A stretch of DNA of 64,000 bases from the IMG/VR virus record IMGVR_UViG_3300027770_000026, positions 62,001 through 126,000 of that record, one strand, 5' to 3'. The translations under genes were made by a program, and so were the position numbers. The notes under the pieces are model-generated. The model was given only the letters and a program-made list of their open reading frames with translations. It had not been told where the DNA came from and made no database searches. Numbering within the stretch: position 1 is the first letter of the stretch; the number at the start of each line of letters is the position of its first letter. Below are positions 32,449 through 41,805 of the stretch, piece by piece.

Positions 32449-33536
32449 TAATAGTTATTCCATACTGATCGAACTTTTTCCAATCCTAAACGAATCTTTT
32501 CTTTGTCGCGATCAGCTTTGGCTTGTGCTTCTGGTGTTGCCGCCTTGGCTCGCTTGCTGGATTCTATATCTCGATTGGCCTTGTCTTCGTATGTGGTCCA
32601 AAATGCATCGCGGAATGCATCGGCGTTGGGGAATGCTTCTAAGTGTCCTTTGCCGTACATGTTGTTTGCAGTAAAGCTACGTGCAAGTCCATGCACGCCT
32701 GCAACCAGGTCACTTATGCGTGAATGCGATGGGTCCATGTGTACCTGTGGATTGACCCCAGGGTGCTGCGTTAGTAGTACGTCTATCTTAGCAGGACCCT
32801 GCTTATCCTGTACCTTATACTCGTGATCAAAAATATCACGGATAAAAGTATCCGGCTCATCTGATAGTGTGTATAAGGTTACATCCTTACGGGTAGTAAA
32901 TGGCACACGCTTGCCGTCTCTTGCTTTGTATTGTACGCCCGCATGTTGTATGCTGAAGCCCAGCAGCTCGCCTAGTACGGAGAACATGTTGCCATGTAGC
33001 AATCCTTTTAGTCCACGCTCGGGTGTGACTCTTGCTTTACCCCAACGCGCATTAGCGTGAGGCATGAGGTCTACTTGTGCGTACATGCTGCCGTTGGTTG
33101 CATCACTGATGTCTAGTATCAAGTGACCACGGAACTGATTTGTACCTTCTTCATTCCTCTTTAGTGTATCTTCGTGTACGTAAGGCGGCTTGGTAGTTTC
33201 GATAAACTCCAACCACTTTGCATACCAATAATTCTGTAGTTGTGTGTATGCTAGTCCTGCGTATAGATCCAACTTGGGAACTTCAATCTGCAGATCCACA
33301 TCACCATATTCTGTATCGGGTTTTTCTTTGAGGTCTTGCCGCCAATGGCTGCTACTACCTGTTGGAGATCCTACACGTATTTCGTGCCAACCTTTATCGT
33401 TGGCGTATGTATTAAAGTCTTGTACAAACTTTTCTACTATTTTAATAATCTTGGGTACTATAGCAGGTGTGAGTCGTGTGCCCTGTGTTACGACACTGTC
33501 CCATCCACCTTCACGTAGTATTTCGCGTATGCGCAT
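32448..33536 (-). CDS. pol-beta-superfamily nucleotidyltransferase-like protein, capsid-tagged
   Basis: MRIREILRE|GG; TGS...YGDVDL...QVDLM. Confidence 0.7.
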   Translation of the reverse strand: MRIREILREGGWDSVVTQGTRLTPAIVPKIIKIVEKFVQDFNTYANDKGWHEIRVGSPTGSSSHWRQDLKEKPDTEYGDVDLQIEVPKLDLYAGLAYTQLQNYWYAKWLEFIETTKPPYVHEDTLKRNEEGTNQFRGHLILDISDATNGSMYAQVDLMPHANARWGKARVTPERGLKGLLHGNMFSVLGELLGFSIQHAGVQYKARDGKRVPFTTRKDVTLYTLSDEPDTFIRDIFDHEYKVQDKQGPAKIDVLLTQHPGVNPQVHMDPSHSRISDLVAGVHGLARSFTANNMYGKGHLEAFPNADAFRDAFWTTYEDKANRDIESSKRAKAATPEAQAKADRDKEKIRLGLEKVRSVWNNY

Positions 33537-33547
33537 TATTATTCTCT

Positions 33548-33576
33548 AAAAAACAGTGGGCGTTACCGCCCACTGT
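33548..33576 (-). terminator. intrinsic terminator
   Basis: ACAGTGGGCG-GTAA-CGCCCACTGT-TTTTT. Confidence 0.9.
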
Positions 33577-33593
33577 ATATAGCTCAATTGCTA

Positions 33594-34757
33594 TTAGGCG
33601 TTCTCGACTTGTACGCTGGTGTTGAGTACAGCAGCAGTTAATTTCCAAGGAACTGTAACTCCGCTTGCAAACTCATATGCTGCACCATTAATAGCCTTGC
33701 GTGTCAATAGCGCACGGTGAGCTGTTAGTTTGGTTACATAATATTCGTTTGTGTCGCTGTCAACTGCAACAATAGTTGCTTCACCAGCAGCCGGACCTGC
33801 AGCTACTAGCTTGACTTGGCTTTGGCCTTGTGCAGTGTCTACTAGATAACGACGGCTTGCTTCCTGCTTGATGATATCACCAGCTACTGCTGAACTTCCG
33901 CCAACGACCCATGCAGTGATCTTGATAGCATTTGCCTTAGTTGAAGTTAGTGTGATAGTCTGTAGTGTTACGCTTTGTGTAACGCTTGAACTTGGAGCAG
34001 TATAATAACCTGCACCAGCAGTTGTGATCACTACTGACTTAGCACGATATGTTGGCGTAATTGTTAGACCAGCACCGTATGTATCACATACAGCAGCTTG
34101 TGCACCTGTTACTAGTGCTTCAAATTCGCCACGGTTAACTGGGGTCAGTGCCGTGACTGTGCCGTATGTTACACCGCGTGTGAATGTTGCACCTGTTACA
34201 GTTGAACCACCAATTGCTAGTGGACTGGTTGCAGCTACTGCATCAGCATAGGTAGCATACAGTGTTGCAGCAGTTGCTGTTGTTGGTGCTCCAACGTAGT
34301 AAATCTGTCCGCCAGCAATAGTTGTACCACCAATGGTCAAGTTACCAGTAACTGTTCCAGTAATGTGAATACTGGTACCAGAAATCATTGCAGTTGTAGT
34401 GGTGGTGAAGCTGATCTGAGTGTTAGCAGAGTTAGCTATGCTTGATAGTGCGCTGGATGTTACAGTTGCAGTGTATGTTGATGTTGTTGTACCACCAACA
34501 AAACTGATTGCACCTGCTGTAATAGGATAAGCACGAGTCTGTGTGCCACCAATCGCAACACTTAACACTTCTGATGTGATAGTACCTAGTGCTAGTACAC
34601 CACCTGACGCTACTGGAACGTCAGGGTTACCAAATGTGATCAACGGACGAGTGGTGTATGAACCTGCAGCATTAACTGCTGCGCTTGCTACACCTTCACC
34701 ACCTACTGGTGGGCTGTTTGTATTACCAAAATATTTCTTATGAATCGGGCGTCCCAT
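33594..34757 (-). CDS. virion structural protein (Thr/Ala/Gly-rich)
   Basis: MGRPIHKKYFG start, beta-rich, IIKQEASRRYLV; own late promoter and terminator. Confidence 0.75.
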   Translation of the reverse strand: MGRPIHKKYFGNTNSPPVGGEGVASAAVNAAGSYTTRPLITFGNPDVPVASGGVLALGTITSEVLSVAIGGTQTRAYPITAGAISFVGGTTTSTYTATVTSSALSSIANSANTQISFTTTTTAMISGTSIHITGTVTGNLTIGGTTIAGGQIYYVGAPTTATAATLYATYADAVAATSPLAIGGSTVTGATFTRGVTYGTVTALTPVNRGEFEALVTGAQAAVCDTYGAGLTITPTYRAKSVVITTAGAGYYTAPSSSVTQSVTLQTITLTSTKANAIKITAWVVGGSSAVAGDIIKQEASRRYLVDTAQGQSQVKLVAAGPAAGEATIVAVDSDTNEYYVTKLTAHRALLTRKAINGAAYEFASGVTVPWKLTAAVLNTSVQVENA

Positions 34758-34845
34758 TTTGTTTCTCCTTAAGTGAGTTAAAGTCGTTCTAGGACTTACG
34801 CGGTGGGGACCGCATAACTCTGTTATTGAACAGACAATGTATTTA
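34758..34845 (-). promoter_or_regulatory. late promoter and three-hairpin 5' leader
   Basis: TAAATA 34845-34840; hairpins TCTGTT/AACAGA, TATGCGGT/ACCGCGTA, AGTC/GACT; AAGGAG. Confidence 0.55.
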
Positions 34846-34847
34846 GC

Positions 34848-35849
34848 TTATTTTGCGGAGAAGTGTACTTTGGGCATTGCGTCACGATCGCTACCCCAAA
34901 TCTGTGGAGAAGATACACGCATCTTGTCCATTACGTCTGCAATGTCAGTGAAGTACAGGGAAGTTTGGCTAGGATAGTCTAGCATGAGAATGCCAGAGAA
35001 TCCACTGGTTGCTACGTAATTATAAAAGCTGGACATACCATATCCGCGACGTATACCTTCGAGGTCACCGCGAACTAGTGCGGCATGCAGTTCTGTTGTC
35101 TTATCCGTAAAGCGGAACATGTTCTTGACCACGCTATCAGCTACAGACTTGCGTTGGGGTGCGGTCAGAGTAGGGAAATAGTTTTGCACATAGTCTATCG
35201 CAGTAAGTGATTGCTTGCCCGACAGATCAATGCCAACACTGGTCAGTGTCTGCTCCACGGCCTGTGGCTGAAACTTGGATTTAGCGGGGTCGTACAATCG
35301 ACCAGCATTGACCACACGCGACTTTATTTCAACTGCTTGCTTGCCTACCTGTATGTCGCCGCCGCCTTCGCTGCTGCCTGACCATTTGATATGTGGATTG
35401 AGCAATGCAAATGCTCGCTCGCCAGGACCAATTCCAGCACTTCTGAGCGCACTGTGACTGCTCAGTGAATTAAACAGTGCAACCGACATTGGGCCACCCA
35501 TCATCCAACTGCTAAAAGATTGAATCTGGTTTGTGGCAAGTAGTTCCGATGCATCAACATAGCCCGACGAGCCATAGCTCTTGAGCATGGCTTCTTTGGA
35601 TTCAAAACTGCCCGGTAGTCGTTCCACAATGTCAGTAAATACCGACAGGTGTTCCTTGACCATACCGTTGGCCAATGATATGTTTTCGCAAAGATGTTCG
35701 ATGTGCTTGCGATTAAGAATGGTGTAAACCTGGTTGAGCATTTCCACATCTTCGGATGCATTTACTAGCTTGTTGATTTCCAAACGGATGTCCACTGACA
35801 TCTTGTCAGTATCCTCGATCAGAAACGTATCAAAATCCAAACACTTCAT
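34848..35849 (-). CDS. PD-(D/E)XK restriction-endonuclease-like protein
   Basis: GPGE...GDIQV...VEIK; start MKCLDFDTFLIE (ATGA overlap). Confidence 0.6.
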   Translation of the reverse strand: MKCLDFDTFLIEDTDKMSVDIRLEINKLVNASEDVEMLNQVYTILNRKHIEHLCENISLANGMVKEHLSVFTDIVERLPGSFESKEAMLKSYGSSGYVDASELLATNQIQSFSSWMMGGPMSVALFNSLSSHSALRSAGIGPGERAFALLNPHIKWSGSSEGGGDIQVGKQAVEIKSRVVNAGRLYDPAKSKFQPQAVEQTLTSVGIDLSGKQSLTAIDYVQNYFPTLTAPQRKSVADSVVKNMFRFTDKTTELHAALVRGDLEGIRRGYGMSSFYNYVATSGFSGILMLDYPSQTSLYFTDIADVMDKMRVSSPQIWGSDRDAMPKVHFSAK

Positions 35850-36331
35850 TTTGTACTCCAGACCCATGCAGCACTACGTGCGGCACCAATGGGTGTTTCT
35901 AAGTATGTAGGTATTTTCAGCAGGTCAATGCCCAATGCTTTGCTACACTTAAAGTAGTTATCTTTTCCAACGATTTTTATAAATCCCCGTCCACGATAGT
36001 CCCATCCATCGGGTCGAGGTTCGTTTCCATTGCCATATTTACCACTGTAAACCCGTATGGCAATCTTGTCCTGTTTGTGTTCGTATAGGCTTGCTAGTGT
36101 ATAGTCAGGAAACTGTTTGGGAAAGTGTTTTTGCAAATCTGCAGCAGAATATTTGAAAGTTTCCGTCAATTTAGTTAAATTATCGCTGGCTTTCACAATG
36201 TCAACGATAAAATTGGGGCTATCTATCCTAAATTCTGCCATTGCGTCTAGTATAGCAGGCAGATATTTGTTGGCTAACACAGGTTTGACATTTGGAAACT
36301 GTTCCAAAAATTGTTCTATGGTAATGTGCAT
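35846..36331 (-). CDS. degenerate GH19 lysozyme/chitinase-like protein
   Basis: Y...GNG...DGWDYRGRGFIKIVGKDNY; HES catalytic motif absent. Confidence 0.75.
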   Translation of the reverse strand: MHITIEQFLEQFPNVKPVLANKYLPAILDAMAEFRIDSPNFIVDIVKASDNLTKLTETFKYSAADLQKHFPKQFPDYTLASLYEHKQDKIAIRVYSGKYGNGNEPRPDGWDYRGRGFIKIVGKDNYFKCSKALGIDLLKIPTYLETPIGAARSAAWVWSTK

Positions 36332-36338
36332 GTTGTAT

Positions 36339-37037
36339 TTAATCCAAACTTAGCTGTTGGATTAAAGAATGGTTAATGAATTCACTTAGCTTGTCAAGAT
36401 ATCCCTGATTGCGTAATACCTTAAAGGTCAGGTTCTCTACACCATACTGACCATTCTTTGCAAGGCCTGCTTTGCGCATGTTGTTGATCTTGTCTTTAAT
36501 CTCACGCGCCTCGTCAACATCACCGTGTTCAATCGTTTGATCAACCTGACTCATGTAGCTTTTAACACGGGCACTCACATTGCGATCATTTACTGCTGGT
36601 TGTTCCTTGCGTGGCTTCTCTATCCATTTGTCGCGTAATACTGAATAGCAGCCATTGGTAACATTAACTTGATCGATGTCTTGTGCATATAATTCTACTG
36701 GATGTCCGTGAATTTCAACGGGCATATTAAAATTCCACAAACGCTTTTTAGCGTCAAACAATTGTTCTACCAGTTCAGGATCGCAAGTTAGTTTCTTCTT
36801 GTCAACGATTAGGTGTAAGTCAAAGTCACTGTAGTCTGTATAGTTGTAACTGGCCAGACTGCCCGTTAGCTGTACGTCAACTAGGGGTAGCGGATCTATT
36901 TTAAGACTACGTGCGAATTGAAGTGCAGTTTGCAATAAATGCACCTGCACTTCTTTATCTAGCTTGCCCTGATTCCAAACTTTAGGATTAAGCTTGTCAT
37001 GGAATTGAACATTCTTATCAACGTAGCTCTGTTCCAT
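36339..37037 (-). CDS. pol-beta-superfamily nucleotidyltransferase
   Basis: LTGSLASYNY..YSDFDLH, PVELY.QD, ENLTFK.LR. Confidence 0.8.
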   Translation of the reverse strand: MEQSYVDKNVQFHDKLNPKVWNQGKLDKEVQVHLLQTALQFARSLKIDPLPLVDVQLTGSLASYNYTDYSDFDLHLIVDKKKLTCDPELVEQLFDAKKRLWNFNMPVEIHGHPVELYAQDIDQVNVTNGCYSVLRDKWIEKPRKEQPAVNDRNVSARVKSYMSQVDQTIEHGDVDEAREIKDKINNMRKAGLAKNGQYGVENLTFKVLRNQGYLDKLSEFINHSLIQQLSLD

Positions 37038-37903
37038 TACACTGGATACTTACACTTGCCCTTGGTTTCTTCGGGTGGTAGGTACTTGCCGTAATACTTG
37101 ACAATGAGACAGTTGAGGAAGTCTGTGTATTCGGGAATCTTGCTCAACAGCGCGATATCCGCTTGGTTAATTGCCGAGTCTCGCTCGTCCATGAACTGAC
37201 CTGATTCGTAGTGTAGCTGCCACTTTCTCAGCTTACCGCCTGCCTTGGCCATGATAATGTACAGTGGACCTTGGCTGTGATAGTGGGTAAATCTATTGTT
37301 GGTGTCGCCTGCGGTACACCAGCGTGTGCCCGAGCCAATTCTGCAAGCAGCTTCCTCAGTTTGTGGAATGTAGACCTTGAAGTTAGGAGTGTCAATTACC
37401 TTGTTTGCACCCTGCATTTCCTGACGTGCAACTTCCTTGCCGGATACGTCTTCTGCACCGCCTGACAGGTCGGCTAGGTCGTAGAGATCGTTTAGGCTCT
37501 TTAGCTGTAGTAGGTCAGCAACACCATTGGGATACTTGGCTAACAGTTCTTCATTGCCTGGCTCTTTGAGCTTGGTCAGAATGGTACGCTGCGACTTCTT
37601 GAACTTGTCAATGTCTGTCTTAACTTGGTTGAGGTCTTCCATCTTGAACTGACCAGCAATGTACATGTTAGCAATGAACTGTAGATTCTTGCCCTGTGGA
37701 TCAGGGTCTGCTTTCTTAAGTGCTGCTACTATGTCCCTGGAGTCTGGTTGTTTTCCTGCTGGTGTAGGATATGAATTGTCCTTTTGCGCCGCAGCTTCTA
37801 GCTTGGCCTTGAGGTTAGTGGCAATATAATCTGCACGGTCTTCCAATAGCATGGAAGCCCAGTTGCCACGTGATTCTACAATTCGTATTTCTCTAATCTT
37901 CAT
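37037..37903 (-). CDS. capsid-tagged WCT-motif (PcfJ-like) domain protein
   Basis: MKIREIRIVE; EAAC.IG.GTRWCTA...F.HY...GPLYII...KWQLH...FMD..D. Confidence 0.7.
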   Translation of the reverse strand: MKIREIRIVESRGNWASMLLEDRADYIATNLKAKLEAAAQKDNSYPTPAGKQPDSRDIVAALKKADPDPQGKNLQFIANMYIAGQFKMEDLNQVKTDIDKFKKSQRTILTKLKEPGNEELLAKYPNGVADLLQLKSLNDLYDLADLSGGAEDVSGKEVARQEMQGANKVIDTPNFKVYIPQTEEAACRIGSGTRWCTAGDTNNRFTHYHSQGPLYIIMAKAGGKLRKWQLHYESGQFMDERDSAINQADIALLSKIPEYTDFLNCLIVKYYGKYLPPEETKGKCKYPV

Positions 37904-37932
37904 ACCAAATTCTCCATTATGCTTTATTTAGT

Positions 37933-39231
37933 TCAGAGGTTCTTAATATATTCTTTATACTTTGCGGGACTTTGCTTTTGTAGCAAACGGTCAAACGCTG
38001 GCCACCCGTTATTGTCACGATTGCGGCTATAATTTGCAATACTGCCTGCAGCAATTGTGCCACTTATAACAGCATTGACCATAATGGGAGCTATCACTTT
38101 TTCAAGTTGTACTAGAAAACGCTCTGAGGCATCATTATAATCTGCAGATTCTGTTAGTTCGGCTGCAAAATCTAATAGTTGCCGCGGCGAACTGTATTTT
38201 ACTATAGTGGGTATGCAGCCAGTCCATATGGAGCTGGTGCCGTGCTCGCTTACTAACGCATTTAGCGAATATACTACAAGGTCCTCAGCATCTTGTTCTT
38301 TAACTGCATGATCCAATAGCCAGGGTTCAAATGCTTTCACTCTATCCCCAATGAATCTCACATACGCTAATGCTGTTCTAGTATCGTTGAGTAGCATGAC
38401 CGCATGCTCTACAAAGGCATTACGATCAATGCCTTCTTCATCCTCGCTAGATGCTACATAGTTGTCTAGCAGTGTTTTTAGCAGTGCTTGATCACGTTCT
38501 ATTATCCCGTATATTGCTGGATTTATTTTATTATCAAAGTCAGTATATTCTAGGTAACCTGCTGCTGCTTGCGGGTCATTTAATTTCACAATATAGGGTT
38601 CAAGTTCAGGCAATCTGCTACTGGTATAATCACTTTTTTCATTGAGATATGCTATAAGCGATTGTGGAGACTTTGCAATTGCAGGTAATGCTTCCTTCCA
38701 CAACCTGTCGGTTAGTAACCGAGATTCGTAGTGGGCAATGCCCGCAGGGTCTTGCATTATGCGAGCTTGTATTTCGGATGTGGGCTTTATCATTGCAGCA
38801 TCGATATAGTACACCAGCTGCCTGACTGTTCCTGAAGCCATTATGGTGTTTAGGGCTTCAGGCCATACCATTGGTTTGTTAGTATTTTGAGCCCGTCTCC
38901 AAATGTATACCTCAATGAGTTCTGGATCGTTTACTATGAGTTTTTCAATTGACGGATCCCTCTTAGTGCCATTACTCATTCCACCATTCATAGTATATGC
39001 AAGTAATGCTTTCTGAAATACGTTTGAATCCTTTATATACAAGGGCATCCAGGCTAGTAGTTCCCCGCGGCGGGTTTTGCGATCCTCGGGGGTTTTTTCG
39101 CGATAATTGATCCGATGTAGCTTGCACTGCTTCCGCCAAACATATGACGGAATATGCTGTTCTCGCGTTTTATAACCCACTAATTTAGTGGGCGCAGTGT
39201 GAAATTTAAATAGGTCTATTGAATCAAACAT
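37933..39231 (-). CDS. helical-repeat protein, LYxYH array member 7
   Basis: DLFKFHTAPTKLVGY; WPEA, RLPELE, WPAFD repeats. Confidence 0.8.
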   Translation of the reverse strand: MFDSIDLFKFHTAPTKLVGYKTREQHIPSYVWRKQCKLHRINYREKTPEDRKTRRGELLAWMPLYIKDSNVFQKALLAYTMNGGMSNGTKRDPSIEKLIVNDPELIEVYIWRRAQNTNKPMVWPEALNTIMASGTVRQLVYYIDAAMIKPTSEIQARIMQDPAGIAHYESRLLTDRLWKEALPAIAKSPQSLIAYLNEKSDYTSSRLPELEPYIVKLNDPQAAAGYLEYTDFDNKINPAIYGIIERDQALLKTLLDNYVASSEDEEGIDRNAFVEHAVMLLNDTRTALAYVRFIGDRVKAFEPWLLDHAVKEQDAEDLVVYSLNALVSEHGTSSIWTGCIPTIVKYSSPRQLLDFAAELTESADYNDASERFLVQLEKVIAPIMVNAVISGTIAAGSIANYSRNRDNNGWPAFDRLLQKQSPAKYKEYIKNL

Positions 39232-39234
39232 ATG

Positions 39235-39981
39235 TTATCTTCTTGCTATCTTGTTTTCTTTGTCGGCTACCCACTGTCTATGCAGCTGATCAATTTCACT
39301 TTGACTTGTGCCAGTATGACGCAGCGCATTATAGAAATATGGATACCATTCGTCAGAATTGGCTTTAACAATGGGCTCTAACTCCGGATGACGCACGCCT
39401 GTTTCCCAAGTAAAATCAATGACCAGACGTGTACTCTGTTTAATTATATCCATTAATTTACTGGGTATTTGTATATCATTTTCAAAAAGATATCCTGCAT
39501 ACTCAATTAGTATAGTATTGCGAGTATCTCTTTTATATGAGTCAGTTGTGTCCATATTCGTCAGTACGTTTTCCAATTCAGGCCAACGCTCCCCAATGGC
39601 CTCTTTGACATATTTCATTATTATTTCCGACTTGCTGATGAGCTTGAAATTTAATAGTCTGGGTTCTATTCCGGGCAATCTTTTTCCTAGTTTAGAAGCA
39701 TATCCCACAGCAAGATGTGGACTTAGTGCTAGTACTTCTTGCACATCTAGGCCAAGATCACCTGTTTCTATTGAATACCACATGGCGTCTGCTGCATCGT
39801 GCATGAATAGTGGTTTACGTTTAACTATCTGAGATCGTTCCATGGGAATTTTATCACGGAAGAATCTCACAAAGTCAGGATGTATGTCCATTACAGCCTT
39901 TGCTGCAGTTAAAGTCTCAGGATTGCTGTGGTAATTGTACAGCATAAAATCAATTTCTTGCGATGGATCCATCTCTTCCAT
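39235..39981 (-). CDS. helical-repeat protein, LYxYH array member 6
   Basis: MLYNYHSNPETL; RLPGIE, RWPELE, RHPELE. Confidence 0.8.
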   Translation of the reverse strand: MEEMDPSQEIDFMLYNYHSNPETLTAAKAVMDIHPDFVRFFRDKIPMERSQIVKRKPLFMHDAADAMWYSIETGDLGLDVQEVLALSPHLAVGYASKLGKRLPGIEPRLLNFKLISKSEIIMKYVKEAIGERWPELENVLTNMDTTDSYKRDTRNTILIEYAGYLFENDIQIPSKLMDIIKQSTRLVIDFTWETGVRHPELEPIVKANSDEWYPYFYNALRHTGTSQSEIDQLHRQWVADKENKIARR

Positions 39982-39982
39982 A

Positions 39983-40213
39983 TTATTTGTCCTTGTCCGC
40001 TACGGGCTTTTCGCCTGTGAGATAGGGCTTGCTAAACCACAGTTTAAACCATGCATCAGTACCGGGCTTGATATTTTTCTCGCGTTCTATTTTACGCTTC
40101 TCGGTGCCAGTCATGCTGACATTGCTGCCAGGGTATTTACTCCAGTCTACTGGCTTGGAGCTGTTAGCATAGTGATCCAACCCCGCTAGTTTACGTAGTT
40201 CATCGAGGTTCAT
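39983..40213 (-). CDS. small phage protein interrupting the array
   Basis: LDELRKLAGL...NIKPGT.AWFKLWF. Confidence 0.75.
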   Translation of the reverse strand: MNLDELRKLAGLDHYANSSKPVDWSKYPGSNVSMTGTEKRKIEREKNIKPGTDAWFKLWFSKPYLTGEKPVADKDK

Positions 40214-40319
40214 ATTTTTTGATATCCCAATTTAAATTCACGGCCATTAAATCCGTAACGAGCAATGGCACTAATTTTTTATCCACATGATACTTGTATA
40301 AATTTAATACTTGTTTCAT
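40200..40319 (-). pseudogene. truncated LYxYH array member (39 aa)
   Basis: ATG 40319 overlaps the upstream TGA; MKQVLNLYKYHVDKKLVP...EPR*; no repeats. Confidence 0.6.
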
Positions 40320-41095
40320 CGGAAAACCCTTCCTTTAAATCCGCGCTCTTTTATCAATTGATATCTTGCTGAAAGATTGTGTAATTGCGCTAGATACAAA
40401 TTCCACGGTGAGTCAAAGTGTGGATAATCTTTAAGTTTTACTGAAGGTGATTCTTCATCCCAGTCGATGTCAACCGGTAGATCCATGTAATCTTCCTCGG
40501 CAGTTTCCAACCACTCTCGCCTATTAGGATTCCAATTGTAGATAGCATCCTCTAGCTCGGGTATACGTTCCCATCGTTTGCCGCCTGTGACGGCCTGATG
40601 GAAAGCTGTTACAGGATCGTCACTTATGCGGGCTAAGACTTTTTTCACAAAGTCAGGATACTTTTTTATCAGATCTTTAAGCTCAAAATGCCCAAGATAT
40701 TCGTTTAGTATTTCTGGTGCGGCTTTTATTATCTGATCAAAATACTCAGGTGCAACTATACCTAGCACATCACTGGTATAATCCGCTATCGATTCGGGAT
40801 CAGTTGCTATAATCTGCTCTACTGCGCCACGTCGTGGCCACAACTGGTCTGACACACCCTGCTTTGTGGTGCAATTCTGATAGATTTTTGCCGAACGATA
40901 TGCTATGTCTGGATCTTTTCCCAGTACGGACTGATATTTGTGTATTGCAGCAACTGCCATTTTTGCCTCGGTTGGCCCTCTCCAATAGTCAGTGTTGGCT
41001 ACTTGTTTAAACGCAATAGTTGGCACAGTTAATTGCTTATCATAGCCAATTAACTCGTTGGGAGAGCTGTGATATGTATATAAATTAAGTCTCAT
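40316..41095 (-). CDS. helical-repeat protein, LYxYH array member 5
   Basis: Start re-set to MRLNLYTYHSSPNELIGY; LGKDPDIA, LWP, RIPELE. Confidence 0.8.
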   Translation of the reverse strand: MRLNLYTYHSSPNELIGYDKQLTVPTIAFKQVANTDYWRGPTEAKMAVAAIHKYQSVLGKDPDIAYRSAKIYQNCTTKQGVSDQLWPRRGAVEQIIATDPESIADYTSDVLGIVAPEYFDQIIKAAPEILNEYLGHFELKDLIKKYPDFVKKVLARISDDPVTAFHQAVTGGKRWERIPELEDAIYNWNPNRREWLETAEEDYMDLPVDIDWDEESPSVKLKDYPHFDSPWNLYLAQLHNLSARYQLIKERGFKGRVFR

Positions 41096-41804
41096 AACCG
41101 GCTGCGCTTGCGTCTGATACTGCTTGTCTTCCGTCTTGGAAGGCCAAAGTACTAAGGTAATATTCCCATGCTGTTTTGTAAGATGTTGTGAGGCCATGGT
41201 GTCGTGTAAAGCTAAGGTGATTTAACTGAGGACTATTCTTAATGAGATCCTGCCAGTCATCCTCGGACATGCGCAATAATACGGGCTCTATTACAGTATT
41301 ACGCCGCGTGGACCGAGCAGAATATGCAATTGAAGCTGCAATATCTTTACTGAGCATTTTCAGCACCTTATATTTAAAATCAGGATCCACGTAATAGTTG
41401 TCTTTTACCAGATAGCCTAGATATTTTGCCACAAATACTGGATCCAGTTGACCTAGTATGTCTAGATATCTTGGATCCCGTTGTAATTTACTGCCAATAT
41501 GATATTTTAAATGCTCGTCACGATGCTGGGGCGAACGCAACAGTGCCATTTCAACTTCGCCACCAACAGGCCATAAATTATCAATTTCGCTATTTTTGTA
41601 TATTTCCGCTGCACGTATTGCAACGTCTAGGTCTTTACCCAGTACATCCTGATACTGTTTCATTAGTCTGACTTTTGCGTCAGTGCCAGGTATGTTTCTA
41701 ATTTTATCAAATAGAATTGTAGGGATCATCTCATGGGATTCATACCCTATTAATTCCATTGGATCAGTGTGAAATGCAAAAATGTTTCGTTTAATATTTG
41801 TCAT
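41085..41804 (-). CDS. helical-repeat protein, LYxYH array member 4
   Basis: Start re-set to MTNIKRNIFAFHTDPMELIGY; YQDVLGKDLDVA, LWP. Confidence 0.8.
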   Translation of the reverse strand: MTNIKRNIFAFHTDPMELIGYESHEMIPTILFDKIRNIPGTDAKVRLMKQYQDVLGKDLDVAIRAAEIYKNSEIDNLWPVGGEVEMALLRSPQHRDEHLKYHIGSKLQRDPRYLDILGQLDPVFVAKYLGYLVKDNYYVDPDFKYKVLKMLSKDIAASIAYSARSTRRNTVIEPVLLRMSEDDWQDLIKNSPQLNHLSFTRHHGLTTSYKTAWEYYLSTLAFQDGRQAVSDASAAGYET

Positions 41805-41805
41805 T

